A stretch of DNA of 64,000 nucleotides, taken from the IMG/VR virus record IMGVR_UViG_3300040801_002731, positions 6,972-70,971 of that record; one strand, 5' to 3'. The position numbers and the translations under genes are program-made. The DNA comes from a virus. Shown piece after piece: positions 36,932 to 44,722 of this stretch. The stretch's first letter is position 1. Every line of letters begins with the position of its first letter. The notes under the pieces were generated by a model. It made no database searches, was not told the DNA's origin, and saw nothing but the letters and a program-made list of their open reading frames with translations.

Positions 36932-37597
36932 GTGTCAATGCCCCGTCAAGGTCGTCAAGCCCAGACCCTCGATCCCCAGAAACACCTGCCGCTGCTGCTC
37001 GCCGAATGCGACAAGAGCCGCTACCCGCACCGTGATCGAGTGATCGTTCTGCTCTCTCTGCGCGCCGGGCTGCGGCGCATGGAGATCGCCGGCCTGAAAC
37101 GCCGACACGTCATGGATGCCTCTGGCGGCATCGGCAGTCACATCAACCTGGAGGACAAAATCTGCAAGCAGGGCTCGGGCGGCCGAGTGCCTATTCACCC
37201 CGAACTCCGCGAGGCGTTGGCCGAGCTGCTCCGAAAGGTGCCGGGACAGCCTCATTGGCCTCTGATTCTGTCGGAGCGTGCCGAGACGGCCGCGACGGGC
37301 CGCAGATCGACAGCGGGCGCGTTGACCAGGCCGGCACCAATGGAGGAGCCCTATCACATGCGGGCCGATGCCGTTGGGTATCTGTTCTGGCGGCTCTACA
37401 AGAAGGCGGGGCTGATCGGCTGCTCGTCGCACTCTGGCCGCCGCACATTCGGCACCCTGGCGGCGCGGCGCGCCATGAAGACGCCGGGCGGTTCGATCAG
37501 GGACGTGCAGGTCCTGCTGCGCCACAAGAACCTCGCCACGACCCAGAAATACATCGAGGCCAACAGCGAGGTTCACGAGGCGCTGATTGACTTTTGA
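36932..37597 (+). CDS. Tyrosine recombinase, catalytic domain only (resolvase/integrase)
   Basis: RAGLRRMEI, K, HSGRRTF, LRH, TQKY catalytic residues; AGGAG RBS; start GTG 36932 or ATG 36938. Confidence 0.92.
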   Translation: MSMPRQGRQAQTLDPQKHLPLLLAECDKSRYPHRDRVIVLLSLRAGLRRMEIAGLKRRHVMDASGGIGSHINLEDKICKQGSGGRVPIHPELREALAELLRKVPGQPHWPLILSERAETAATGRRSTAGALTRPAPMEEPYHMRADAVGYLFWRLYKKAGLIGCSSHSGRRTFGTLAARRAMKTPGGSIRDVQVLLRHKNLATTQKYIEANSEVHEALIDF

Positions 37598-37599
37598 TG

Positions 37600-37944
37600 T
37601 CAGTGCATGGGCACGGAGACGTCCTTTTTCGGCTGTCTCTGACGTCGTTCGAGCCGTTCCGTCACCTGCAATGCGCGCTTGTAAAAAATTGGGTCTCTGG
37701 TGCGTGGCGGCTCGTCATACATACCTTCGTAAAAAAACTGAACGGGAACCCTGAGAGCATCGCTTATCAAAAGCAAAATATGAGCATCTGGAAAAAAACA
37801 TCCGCGCTCTATCTCGTCCAAAGAGGCCACATCAAGATTTATCTGCTGAGATAATTCCTCTGCCGTCAAACTAATTTCGATGCGCCTTAGCGCAATTTTT
37901 GCGCCAATGTGGCGCGCTAAATGCTCTTTCGCGATCGGCTTCAT
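37600..37944 (-). CDS. XRE-family HTH regulator
   Basis: IGAKIALRR..LTAEELSQQI...IERG...LLLISDALRVPVQFFYEG. Confidence 0.85.
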   Translation of the reverse strand: MKPIAKEHLARHIGAKIALRRIEISLTAEELSQQINLDVASLDEIERGCFFPDAHILLLISDALRVPVQFFYEGMYDEPPRTRDPIFYKRALQVTERLERRQRQPKKDVSVPMH

Positions 37945-38038
37945 GAAAAGCCCCTCTTTCAAGTTTCAGACAGAAAGACGTTATTTCAATGCTACAGGAC
38001 AATCAAGCGGAAACGCGCGGCGGACTTTGTTTCGCATA

Positions 38039-38068
38039 GAAAAAGGGGCGACCCTGTTGGCCGCCCCT
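38039..38068 (-). terminator. Intrinsic terminator
   Basis: AGGGGCG-N11-CGCCCCT with a T-run on the minus strand after 38112-38381. Confidence 0.6.
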
Positions 38069-38111
38069 GCACACGGAGGAAGAACATGCCCTGTAACCCT
38101 GGGCAGGGAAC

Positions 38112-38381
38112 TTAGAACAAACCGTGCTCCTTCCTGTCTTCAGACAATGGTTCGCCGCGCAACACATGCCGCTCCAAGAAATCGGCCCGATCGTTCCAAC
38201 CGTCAATGATCTTTTGCAGCTCGGCACGCTTTTCGGCGGTCGTCGCCATTGCTTCAAAGTCTCGCGCGTGTTCGCGGAACTGTGCAACCAAATGTCCGAC
38301 GATTTCGGGCGGCAGGTCAAGCTGCTCCGGCGTGATCAGCAACGCCTTGGCCCGTCGGATCATGGCTTCCGACGGCATCAC
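38112..38381 (-). CDS. Hypothetical protein
   Basis: GTGA overlap with the ligase stop. Confidence 0.7.
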   Translation of the reverse strand: MMPSEAMIRRAKALLITPEQLDLPPEIVGHLVAQFREHARDFEAMATTAEKRAELQKIIDGWNDRADFLERHVLRGEPLSEDRKEHGLF

Positions 38382-39781
38382 GCAGCCTCCTCAATGCCGG
38401 CGTCCTTATCGTCGCGCCAGGCCACGAAGCGCGGATGACGCAAGCTGCCGTCAGGCGTCTTCTCGTGGTATTCGACCTCGATCAGCCGGCCAAGCACCTC
38501 GGGGTTCGGCCCAGGCGACGGCCAGTGTCGAACAGCCTGGTCACGCTGGAACGCCTCCCACAGACGACGACGCTCCTCGTCCGTGAAGCCGCCGCCCACG
38601 CGCACCTCGACACCATCGACGTCCACGATCAGGCCGCCGAGCTGACCCTCATACTTGCCCGTGCCCTCGAAGGCGCCGGTGACGCGGACGTCGACGCTCT
38701 CCTCGGCCTTCATCTTCATCCAGCCGAAAGAGCGCTTCTTCTGGTAGAAGCCATCCAGCGGCTTGACGATAGCGCCCTCCAGACCCCGGTCACGGAAGGT
38801 CTGGTAATAGGTCTGGATCTCGTCAACGGAATTAACGAGGTAGCGCGGCACGAGCTTCAGAGGCGATTCGGGCAGCGCGTGCCGCAGAACGTGTTCAGTG
38901 AAGCCCCGCCGCACCTTGTAAGGCAGCTTGATGTCCGCGCTCGCGCCGGCGAACAGACCGTATGGCAGGGCGTCGAAGACATTGAACACAGCATCCTCGG
39001 CCAGCTCGTCCTTGCGACGAACGGCACCGGTGGTCTCGTTGAAGTTACCCGAAACAACCTCGCCGTCCAGCACCAGCCGCGGCTTGTCGTCGCCAAGCAG
39101 CTTCCAATAGACCTCGCGCAGCTTCTCCGGGATGCCAAGCTCCACAGCCGTCTCGGCGTTCTGCACGCCCGCCCGAGCGCCATCCAGCATGGTCAAAACG
39201 GGCAAAACGAGGTGATCGAGCGAGGTGAACGGCTTGCCGGTGCGCGAATAGAACCGGACGTCCCCATTCTGTGCGACCGCGATGACCCGCAGGCCGTCCA
39301 GCTTGGGCTCGACGGCTGCCGGCCAGGTCACGATCCGCTTGACCTCATACTTGTGCGCCAACATGACGTCGAAGGTCGGGATCAAACCGGGCTTGACCTT
39401 GTTGATCGTCTTGACGCTGATTCCGCACCGCAGATCCTTGCTGAGAATGCGGAATAGAAGATCGCTGCTCGGCTGATCGAGGACGTCGACCATCCACTCA
39501 CGCACGCAGACCTGGGCCGCGTTGCCGGTGAACGTGCGATCCGCCAGGGCGTCCAGGGCGGCCCAGACCTTGCTGGCCTCTGTGATCTGCTGTCGACCCG
39601 CCGCTTTGGCGCGCGGCGGCGTCACACCAAAGGTGATGAAGGGGTTGTAGGCGTAGATCAGCGCCCGCTGAAACACCGGGTCATCAATGACCCGCTTCAG
39701 CATGTCCTCCTTTGCGATCCGGCTCTTGTCGGCCGCGATGCGGTCGAGATAAGCCAGAACGTCGGTTCCATTCATCGACAT
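38378..39781 (-). CDS. lig: ATP-dependent DNA ligase
   Basis: EPKLDGLR, LDGEV, EGAIVK, WMKMK, SLRHPRF. Confidence 0.95.
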   Translation of the reverse strand: MSMNGTDVLAYLDRIAADKSRIAKEDMLKRVIDDPVFQRALIYAYNPFITFGVTPPRAKAAGRQQITEASKVWAALDALADRTFTGNAAQVCVREWMVDVLDQPSSDLLFRILSKDLRCGISVKTINKVKPGLIPTFDVMLAHKYEVKRIVTWPAAVEPKLDGLRVIAVAQNGDVRFYSRTGKPFTSLDHLVLPVLTMLDGARAGVQNAETAVELGIPEKLREVYWKLLGDDKPRLVLDGEVVSGNFNETTGAVRRKDELAEDAVFNVFDALPYGLFAGASADIKLPYKVRRGFTEHVLRHALPESPLKLVPRYLVNSVDEIQTYYQTFRDRGLEGAIVKPLDGFYQKKRSFGWMKMKAEESVDVRVTGAFEGTGKYEGQLGGLIVDVDGVEVRVGGGFTDEERRRLWEAFQRDQAVRHWPSPGPNPEVLGRLIEVEYHEKTPDGSLRHPRFVAWRDDKDAGIEEAA

Positions 39782-40326
39782 CAGGCAGCGTCCTTTGTTG
39801 CTTCGTTGATGGCGGCGGTCATGTCGCCGCGGGTGGCCGCTTCGACAGTGGCATCAGTGGTCGCGGAAGCCTTGTGGGTTGCAGAGCCGCGCGAAACGGC
39901 CGCGGCGCGCTTCCGGCGCTTGCCCGTCTCGATCTTTGCCAATTCGCTGCGTGGCATGGTCGCGGCCTCGATCGCCGCGATTTCGTTGGCAGAACAGCCA
40001 AACCGTTTCAGATCGCGCTCCAGCACCATGACCGGCATGACGTCGCTGATGATCTCCTGGGACAGCGACCCCACGGTTGGTGTCGTCGAGAAGTAGGCTT
40101 CCTTTTGAGTGCGAATGGCCTCTTTGATCATGTAGTGGATCGGGCACTTGTTGGCCGACAAGCAGGCATTGCAACCCGGCCGCTTGGGGTGCGGCTGCCC
40201 CTTCATGAAGGTCTCGTGGACCTTGAAGCAGATGCGCGCCTGAACATTCAGCTTGAACACCGGGCACTCGAACTGAAACAAATTATCCGGTCGCGCCATC
40301 CGAGAATAACCGTATTGGTAGCTCAT
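39781..40326 (-). CDS. Cys-rich conserved-type phage protein
   Basis: FECPVF...C...CNACLSANKCP; coupled to the ligase gene. Confidence 0.75.
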   Translation of the reverse strand: MSYQYGYSRMARPDNLFQFECPVFKLNVQARICFKVHETFMKGQPHPKRPGCNACLSANKCPIHYMIKEAIRTQKEAYFSTTPTVGSLSQEIISDVMPVMVLERDLKRFGCSANEIAAIEAATMPRSELAKIETGKRRKRAAAVSRGSATHKASATTDATVEAATRGDMTAAINEATKDAA

Positions 40327-40353
40327 GCTTTTCAGCCTCCGTGTGCGAGCGCG

Positions 40354-40863
40354 TCAGAAGGAACCCCACAGCGGGTTTGCGGCGATCTGTTCCGTAACGG
40401 TCATTGAAGGGGGCGTCTCATCGACGAGCTTGGGTTTGCGCGGCCCGGCGCCGGTCGGGTTGCCCTCGTCGTCCCAGCGGGGCTCAGCGGCGCTCTTGGC
40501 GCCGACGAACTCGGCGGGATCAACGTCCGGCAGCAGATCAGGCAGATACGAGCCCATCTCGCGCCAGTAGCCCGGCCCGACCGCTTCGCGCAGCTCGGCA
40601 ACGCTGTTGACCGTCCTATCGGTCTGCTTGGTCGGGCTATAGCCGCGACCGGATTTCTCCCGGATAACCTTGTCGTATTCAGCGGTGACCCTGGTCGTGT
40701 CGCCACCGATGAACTGGAGCTGACCCCAGGCGCCGGTCTTGCCCCAGCGCTTGACCAGCAGCCCACGTTCATCGCCGTTGCTCGCGGCGATCAATAATGT
40801 GTGATACTCCTTCGTTCCGCCTCTGTGATCGAAGGAGCGCTTTGTGACCTTCAGCGGGAACAT
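40354..40863 (-). CDS. WGR-like domain protein ending in NPLWGSF
   Basis: KEY..L...KRWGKTGAWGQ...EKSGRGY; GGAG RBS before ATG 40863. Confidence 0.7.
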   Translation of the reverse strand: MFPLKVTKRSFDHRGGTKEYHTLLIAASNGDERGLLVKRWGKTGAWGQLQFIGGDTTRVTAEYDKVIREKSGRGYSPTKQTDRTVNSVAELREAVGPGYWREMGSYLPDLLPDVDPAEFVGAKSAAEPRWDDEGNPTGAGPRKPKLVDETPPSMTVTEQIAANPLWGSF

Positions 40864-40921
40864 TGTGCGCTCTCCGTGTGCTTTCGCGTGCATGATCAAT
40901 ATAGCGACGAGCGCTTGGGCA

Positions 40922-40939
40922 TACGTCAGGATTGATTGA
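40922..40939. promoter_or_regulatory. Operator copy 14
   Basis: TACGTCA-GGAT-TGATTGA, 16 nt from GCTATA at 40900-40905. Confidence 0.72.
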
Positions 40940-40964
40940 TCTTTTCACGGAAATGAGAGCCCGC

Positions 40965-41366
40965 TTAGTCGCAGTAGCGGGGCAGCGTCATGTGTCGCGC
41001 TTGGGGCTGTTCCGAGGTCGCGTAAAGACCGCCCGAGAAGGCAGGGCAATCTCGTCCCAAGCCAGCCTCGACCAGCGCCTCCGCAACGTCCTGATTGCCC
41101 AGCCAGCAACGTGCGACGATCCTGTCGTGAGATCGTCCCTTGCGCGCGCAGACAACCACCTGCCCCAAAACAAGACGCTCCATGAACGCCTTGGCCTGCT
41201 CTCCACCAGGCTCCCGCAGCTCCGGCGCGTGAAGTCCCCACAGCCGCACCGGCTGCCCGCCGACGATGAACGTGTCCCCGTCCCGGACGTGCCCGACCCT
41301 GCCCGATAGACCATCAGCGGCAGCGGGTGTTGCGACCAGCACGAGACAGAGAAGAATGCGCAGCAT
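40965..41366 (-). CDS. Thermonuclease (SNase-like) with signal peptide
   Basis: DGDT, VRLWGLHAPE, DRIVA, LVEAG. Confidence 0.85.
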   Translation of the reverse strand: MLRILLCLVLVATPAAADGLSGRVGHVRDGDTFIVGGQPVRLWGLHAPELREPGGEQAKAFMERLVLGQVVVCARKGRSHDRIVARCWLGNQDVAEALVEAGLGRDCPAFSGGLYATSEQPQARHMTLPRYCD

Positions 41367-41373
41367 GATGGCC

Positions 41374-42444
41374 TCAACGATAAGGGTTTCGCAGGCGCCA
41401 ACGAACGACCTGAGCCGATGTGACGGGCGCGGCCTGCCAGATGGCCTGACGCACCACGTCCGGCCTGGCCTCGTTGGGGTCGAGCCCCTTCGGCAGCAGG
41501 GCAACTTTGGCACGCAGGCCGATCTTGCCCAACAGCAGACCGGCATCCGCCGCTGCGTTCAGCGCGGCGGTCTCCCCGTCCCAACAGAAGACCACCTCCT
41601 CCACACCGCGCCGGCGTAGCTCCAGAAACGCGCCGAGCTGATCCGAACCGCCGCCGGCCGACAGATGCTTGCCGAAGGTGCCGATGGGCACGATATCGCG
41701 CAGCTCGGGCTCCCCATCGACGGCGACCTTCAGCGCCATGACGTCGAAGGCGCCTTCGCCGACCACCACCCGCCTCGTGCGGATCACGTTGTGGCCGTTG
41801 TAGAGGAACCGCCCGGTGGCCGGCAGCGTGGCAGGGAACAGGTATTTCCGGTCGCTCGTGCCGGTGACGTCACGGCCCTGGAAGGTGACCAGCTTGCCGT
41901 CGAGATCGAACACCGGGATGATGACCCGCTGCCCGAAATTCTGACCGCCGCGGCTGCCATCCTCCTTGGTGTAGTTCCACCAGGCGTCCTCGCAGTAGCG
42001 CAGGTGAAAGTAGCCGGCCATGTCGGCGTCAATGCCTCGCCTTTCCAGATAGACGAGATTCTGCCCCTCGTAGGGCAGAGGGATCGAGGCGGGCAGGTGG
42101 ATCTTGTCGGGAATCTCCACGGCGGCCGTGGTGGTGCGCCGCGGGCGCCAGCCCTGCTCGTGCAGGACTTCCCGGATATGCCGGAAGGTTTCGGCGTTGT
42201 TCATCCCGGTGTGGTGCTGGATGAACCCCCATTTGCTGAAGGTTTCCGAACACACGAAACAGTTACCGAGACCGGTCTCGGCGTTGATGTAGGTGCGCCA
42301 GCGGCTGTCGCCGCACGCCGGGCACTCCTTCAGATTCAACTGTGCGCCGTTCTGACCGGACGTGACCTTGTAGGTTAACCCCTCGCGCTCGGCATAGAAC
42401 TCCATGTCGAGCCGGTTCAGCATCTCCCTGAGATCGTCAGCCAT
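41374..42444 (-). CDS. DnaG-like primase (zinc finger plus TOPRIM)
   Basis: CPACG...CFVC, RVIIPV, QGRD, EGAFD, WDGE. Confidence 0.9.
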   Translation of the reverse strand: MADDLREMLNRLDMEFYAEREGLTYKVTSGQNGAQLNLKECPACGDSRWRTYINAETGLGNCFVCSETFSKWGFIQHHTGMNNAETFRHIREVLHEQGWRPRRTTTAAVEIPDKIHLPASIPLPYEGQNLVYLERRGIDADMAGYFHLRYCEDAWWNYTKEDGSRGGQNFGQRVIIPVFDLDGKLVTFQGRDVTGTSDRKYLFPATLPATGRFLYNGHNVIRTRRVVVGEGAFDVMALKVAVDGEPELRDIVPIGTFGKHLSAGGGSDQLGAFLELRRRGVEEVVFCWDGETAALNAAADAGLLLGKIGLRAKVALLPKGLDPNEARPDVVRQAIWQAAPVTSAQVVRWRLRNPYR

Positions 42445-42917
42445 CAGAACAGGCCCCAGCTCGGATTGGCCGCAACCGCGGCCGCAATGTCGATGGGCGG
42501 GGGCGGCACGGGCATTTCGTCAGAGTCCGCCAGTCGGGACTCATGGGGCTCGAAGCCATCCGTCAGCACAAACTTGGCGTCCAAGTCCTCCAGGCGCAGC
42601 CCAACCTTGGGATAGAGTGCATACTCTCCCGCGAGAGGAGCCGGCTCCATGCGCAGAACGATCAGCGGCGGCAGATCCTTACCCCGCTTGTCCTTGCGCC
42701 CGCGCCTGATCTCGTCGATGACGTAGGAATGCTCCGACGATCGAATGCCGGACAGGTCCTTCCAGGCCGTCTTGTCGTCATCCTCCCGGAAGTGCGGTAG
42801 CAGCCATTTGCCCGTCTTTTCGCCCTTGCCGCGAAGAAACTTGGATGCGGCCGGAACATGATCGCCCAGATACTTCAGCGACATTCCGACGCGCAGCTTG
42901 TCCAGACTTAAAGCCAT
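42444..42917 (-). CDS. Hypothetical protein ending in NPSWGLF
   Basis: GGAG RBS; coupled to the primase gene. Confidence 0.72.
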   Translation of the reverse strand: MALSLDKLRVGMSLKYLGDHVPAASKFLRGKGEKTGKWLLPHFREDDDKTAWKDLSGIRSSEHSYVIDEIRRGRKDKRGKDLPPLIVLRMEPAPLAGEYALYPKVGLRLEDLDAKFVLTDGFEPHESRLADSDEMPVPPPPIDIAAAVAANPSWGLF

Positions 42918-42991
42918 GTCGCTCTCCGTTTCGCGCTATCGTGTTTTCGCTCTTTAACGATATAGCAAAAGCGCGAAGTCTTGTCGGTCGG

Positions 42992-44365
42992 TCATTCACG
43001 CCCAAGAACCCGCTTGATGAACTTCATCTTGGAGCGGTCCTGAGAAATGCGCAGCGTGAAGCCATCTTCCGTGTTACGACTGGCCGCAAAGAAAAGCCGA
43101 GCTTCGCCCGAGTCCTTTTCTTCCTGGGTTGCGTTGATCGAAATCACGATGTCGGCGATGCGGATCTTGTTGAAATCTTCCGCAACGTCCGTCATCGACG
43201 ACGTGACCTTTTTCGCTCCTTCGCGGTTTGTTTGTGTGGCCGTCAGGAGCGCCAGGTTGTATTCCTGAGCGATGCCGCGCAGATCCACATAGATCGAGCG
43301 GAAGTTGGCGATATCGCTGTCGGTGCGGAACTCCGGCGCCATCAGGTCGGCGTAGTCGACCACCACCAGGTCGAACAGGATGCCCCGTGCCCGGTAGTTC
43401 TCCAGCAGCCGGCGCAGCTTCGACGGCTTCAGAGTGCCCGTCGGATACTCGTGGATCTTCAGCAGACCGGACCTGGCCTTCAGCCGGTCGATCTCTGTCC
43501 GCACCTTGTGCGGGCTGTCCTTGAGTGTCTTGATGGCCGTGTCCGTAATGTTGGCGTCCAGACGATCGGCGTAGATCGCGGCTGACACCTCAAGGGTCAC
43601 GATCAGGACGTTGTGCCGCTTGGGGGACAGGGCCGCGGCCTAGGCGAACTCGCCCAGAGCCAACGACTTGCCGCCTTTGGCCGGACCCATGATCAGCGAC
43701 AGCTCCCGAAGGCCCCAGCCCCGGTGATAGAGCAGCGCATCCAGCTCCTCGACCCCGGTGGTAATGCCGGTCGGCACCTTCGTCCCCGACATGATCGAGA
43801 CTCGCGTTTCCGTGCGACCCTCGATCTGCTCGAAGAAGTCATAGCCGGTGTCGGCCTCGCCCTCGCCCACCAGCAGGGCCTCGCGCATGGCCTTCTCGAT
43901 ACCCGCGAAGTCGCCCTTCTCCAGACGACCGACGCTTTCGATCATGGCCTTCTCAACAGCCCTCTCGCGCGCAAACTCAGCGACCTTCTCGACCGCAAAG
44001 GCGCCGCCGGAGATGTCCGCTGCATAGACCGATCGCACGGCATCCTTGACCTCGGCCAGAATGTCACTGCGGATCTTCTTGGAGGCGACGGCCTCCTTCA
44101 GCAGCACGCCAAGAGCTGCCTTGTCGGGCGGAGACCGGAACCGGGCGTAATGCCCCCGGATCAGGTCGAACAGCGCGGCCTCGCCGACGTTGGTCAGATA
44201 ATCGGGCTTGATCAGCCCCTCGGTGCGCGCCAGGAACGTCGGGTCCCGAAGCGCCAGGGCTACGATCTTGGTCTGGAAATCCTCGTTGAAGCCGTAGGCG
44301 ACCTCGATTTCTTCGCCGCCAGCCACCTCGTCTTCGGTTTCGATCTCCGCTGCGACTACCGTCAT
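42992..44365 (-). pseudogene. dnaB: DnaB-like replicative helicase interrupted by one in-frame TAG (43640-43642); pseudogene, read-through or sequencing error
   Basis: GPAKGGKS Walker A, then TAG, then the same frame continues AAALSPKRHNVLIVTLEVS...VVDYADL...TATQTNR...EDFNKIRIAD; 457 codons in total. Confidence 0.85.
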
Positions 44366-44634
44366 GCTCGGACCTCAAAGCTCATGAGGGCGGATTTGAA
44401 ATAGATCACCACGTCGCCGGCGCGGTTGCCGCCGGTCAGCTCCAACTTCAACGTGAACTGATCTGCGGCGAGCAGCCGGCCTTCCCGCGTCTTGACGTCG
44501 GAACCAGCTACGATCTCAATCCGCACCTTCTTGCCGATGGCGTGAGAAAGGTCATTCTGGTGCGACCAACTCCGACCCGGCTTGGCCTTCTGTCGCGCTG
44601 CGGTCGACATCATCTGAGACGGAACGGCTCCCAT
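44362..44634 (-). CDS. Hfq/Sm-like protein
   Basis: Helix, then VRIEIV...EGRLLAADQFTLKLE...VIYFKSALMSF, resembling Hfq Sm1 (FDQF) and Sm2 (VYKHAI); GGAGG RBS. Confidence 0.6.
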   Translation of the reverse strand: MGAVPSQMMSTAARQKAKPGRSWSHQNDLSHAIGKKVRIEIVAGSDVKTREGRLLAADQFTLKLELTGGNRAGDVVIYFKSALMSFEVRA

Positions 44635-44669
44635 GCTTTCCTCCAGGGTGTGTGATTCTGCGTAAATGA

Positions 44670-44687
44670 TATATCAAAGTTGATTGA
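44670..44687. promoter_or_regulatory. Operator copy 15
   Basis: TATATCA-AAGT-TGATTGA upstream of the Hfq-like and helicase genes. Confidence 0.72.
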
Positions 44688-44722
44688 TCTTTGCACTTGG
44701 GAACGAGACGGCTAAAGACGCC

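Noticed and set aside
43640-43642. Genome-wide amber recoding (TAG read as sense)
   Set aside because: TAG behaves as a normal stop elsewhere (4772-4774 and 16682-16684, each followed by an RBS for the next gene). No other gene is fragmented by TAG, and no suppressor tRNA is seen in the window.
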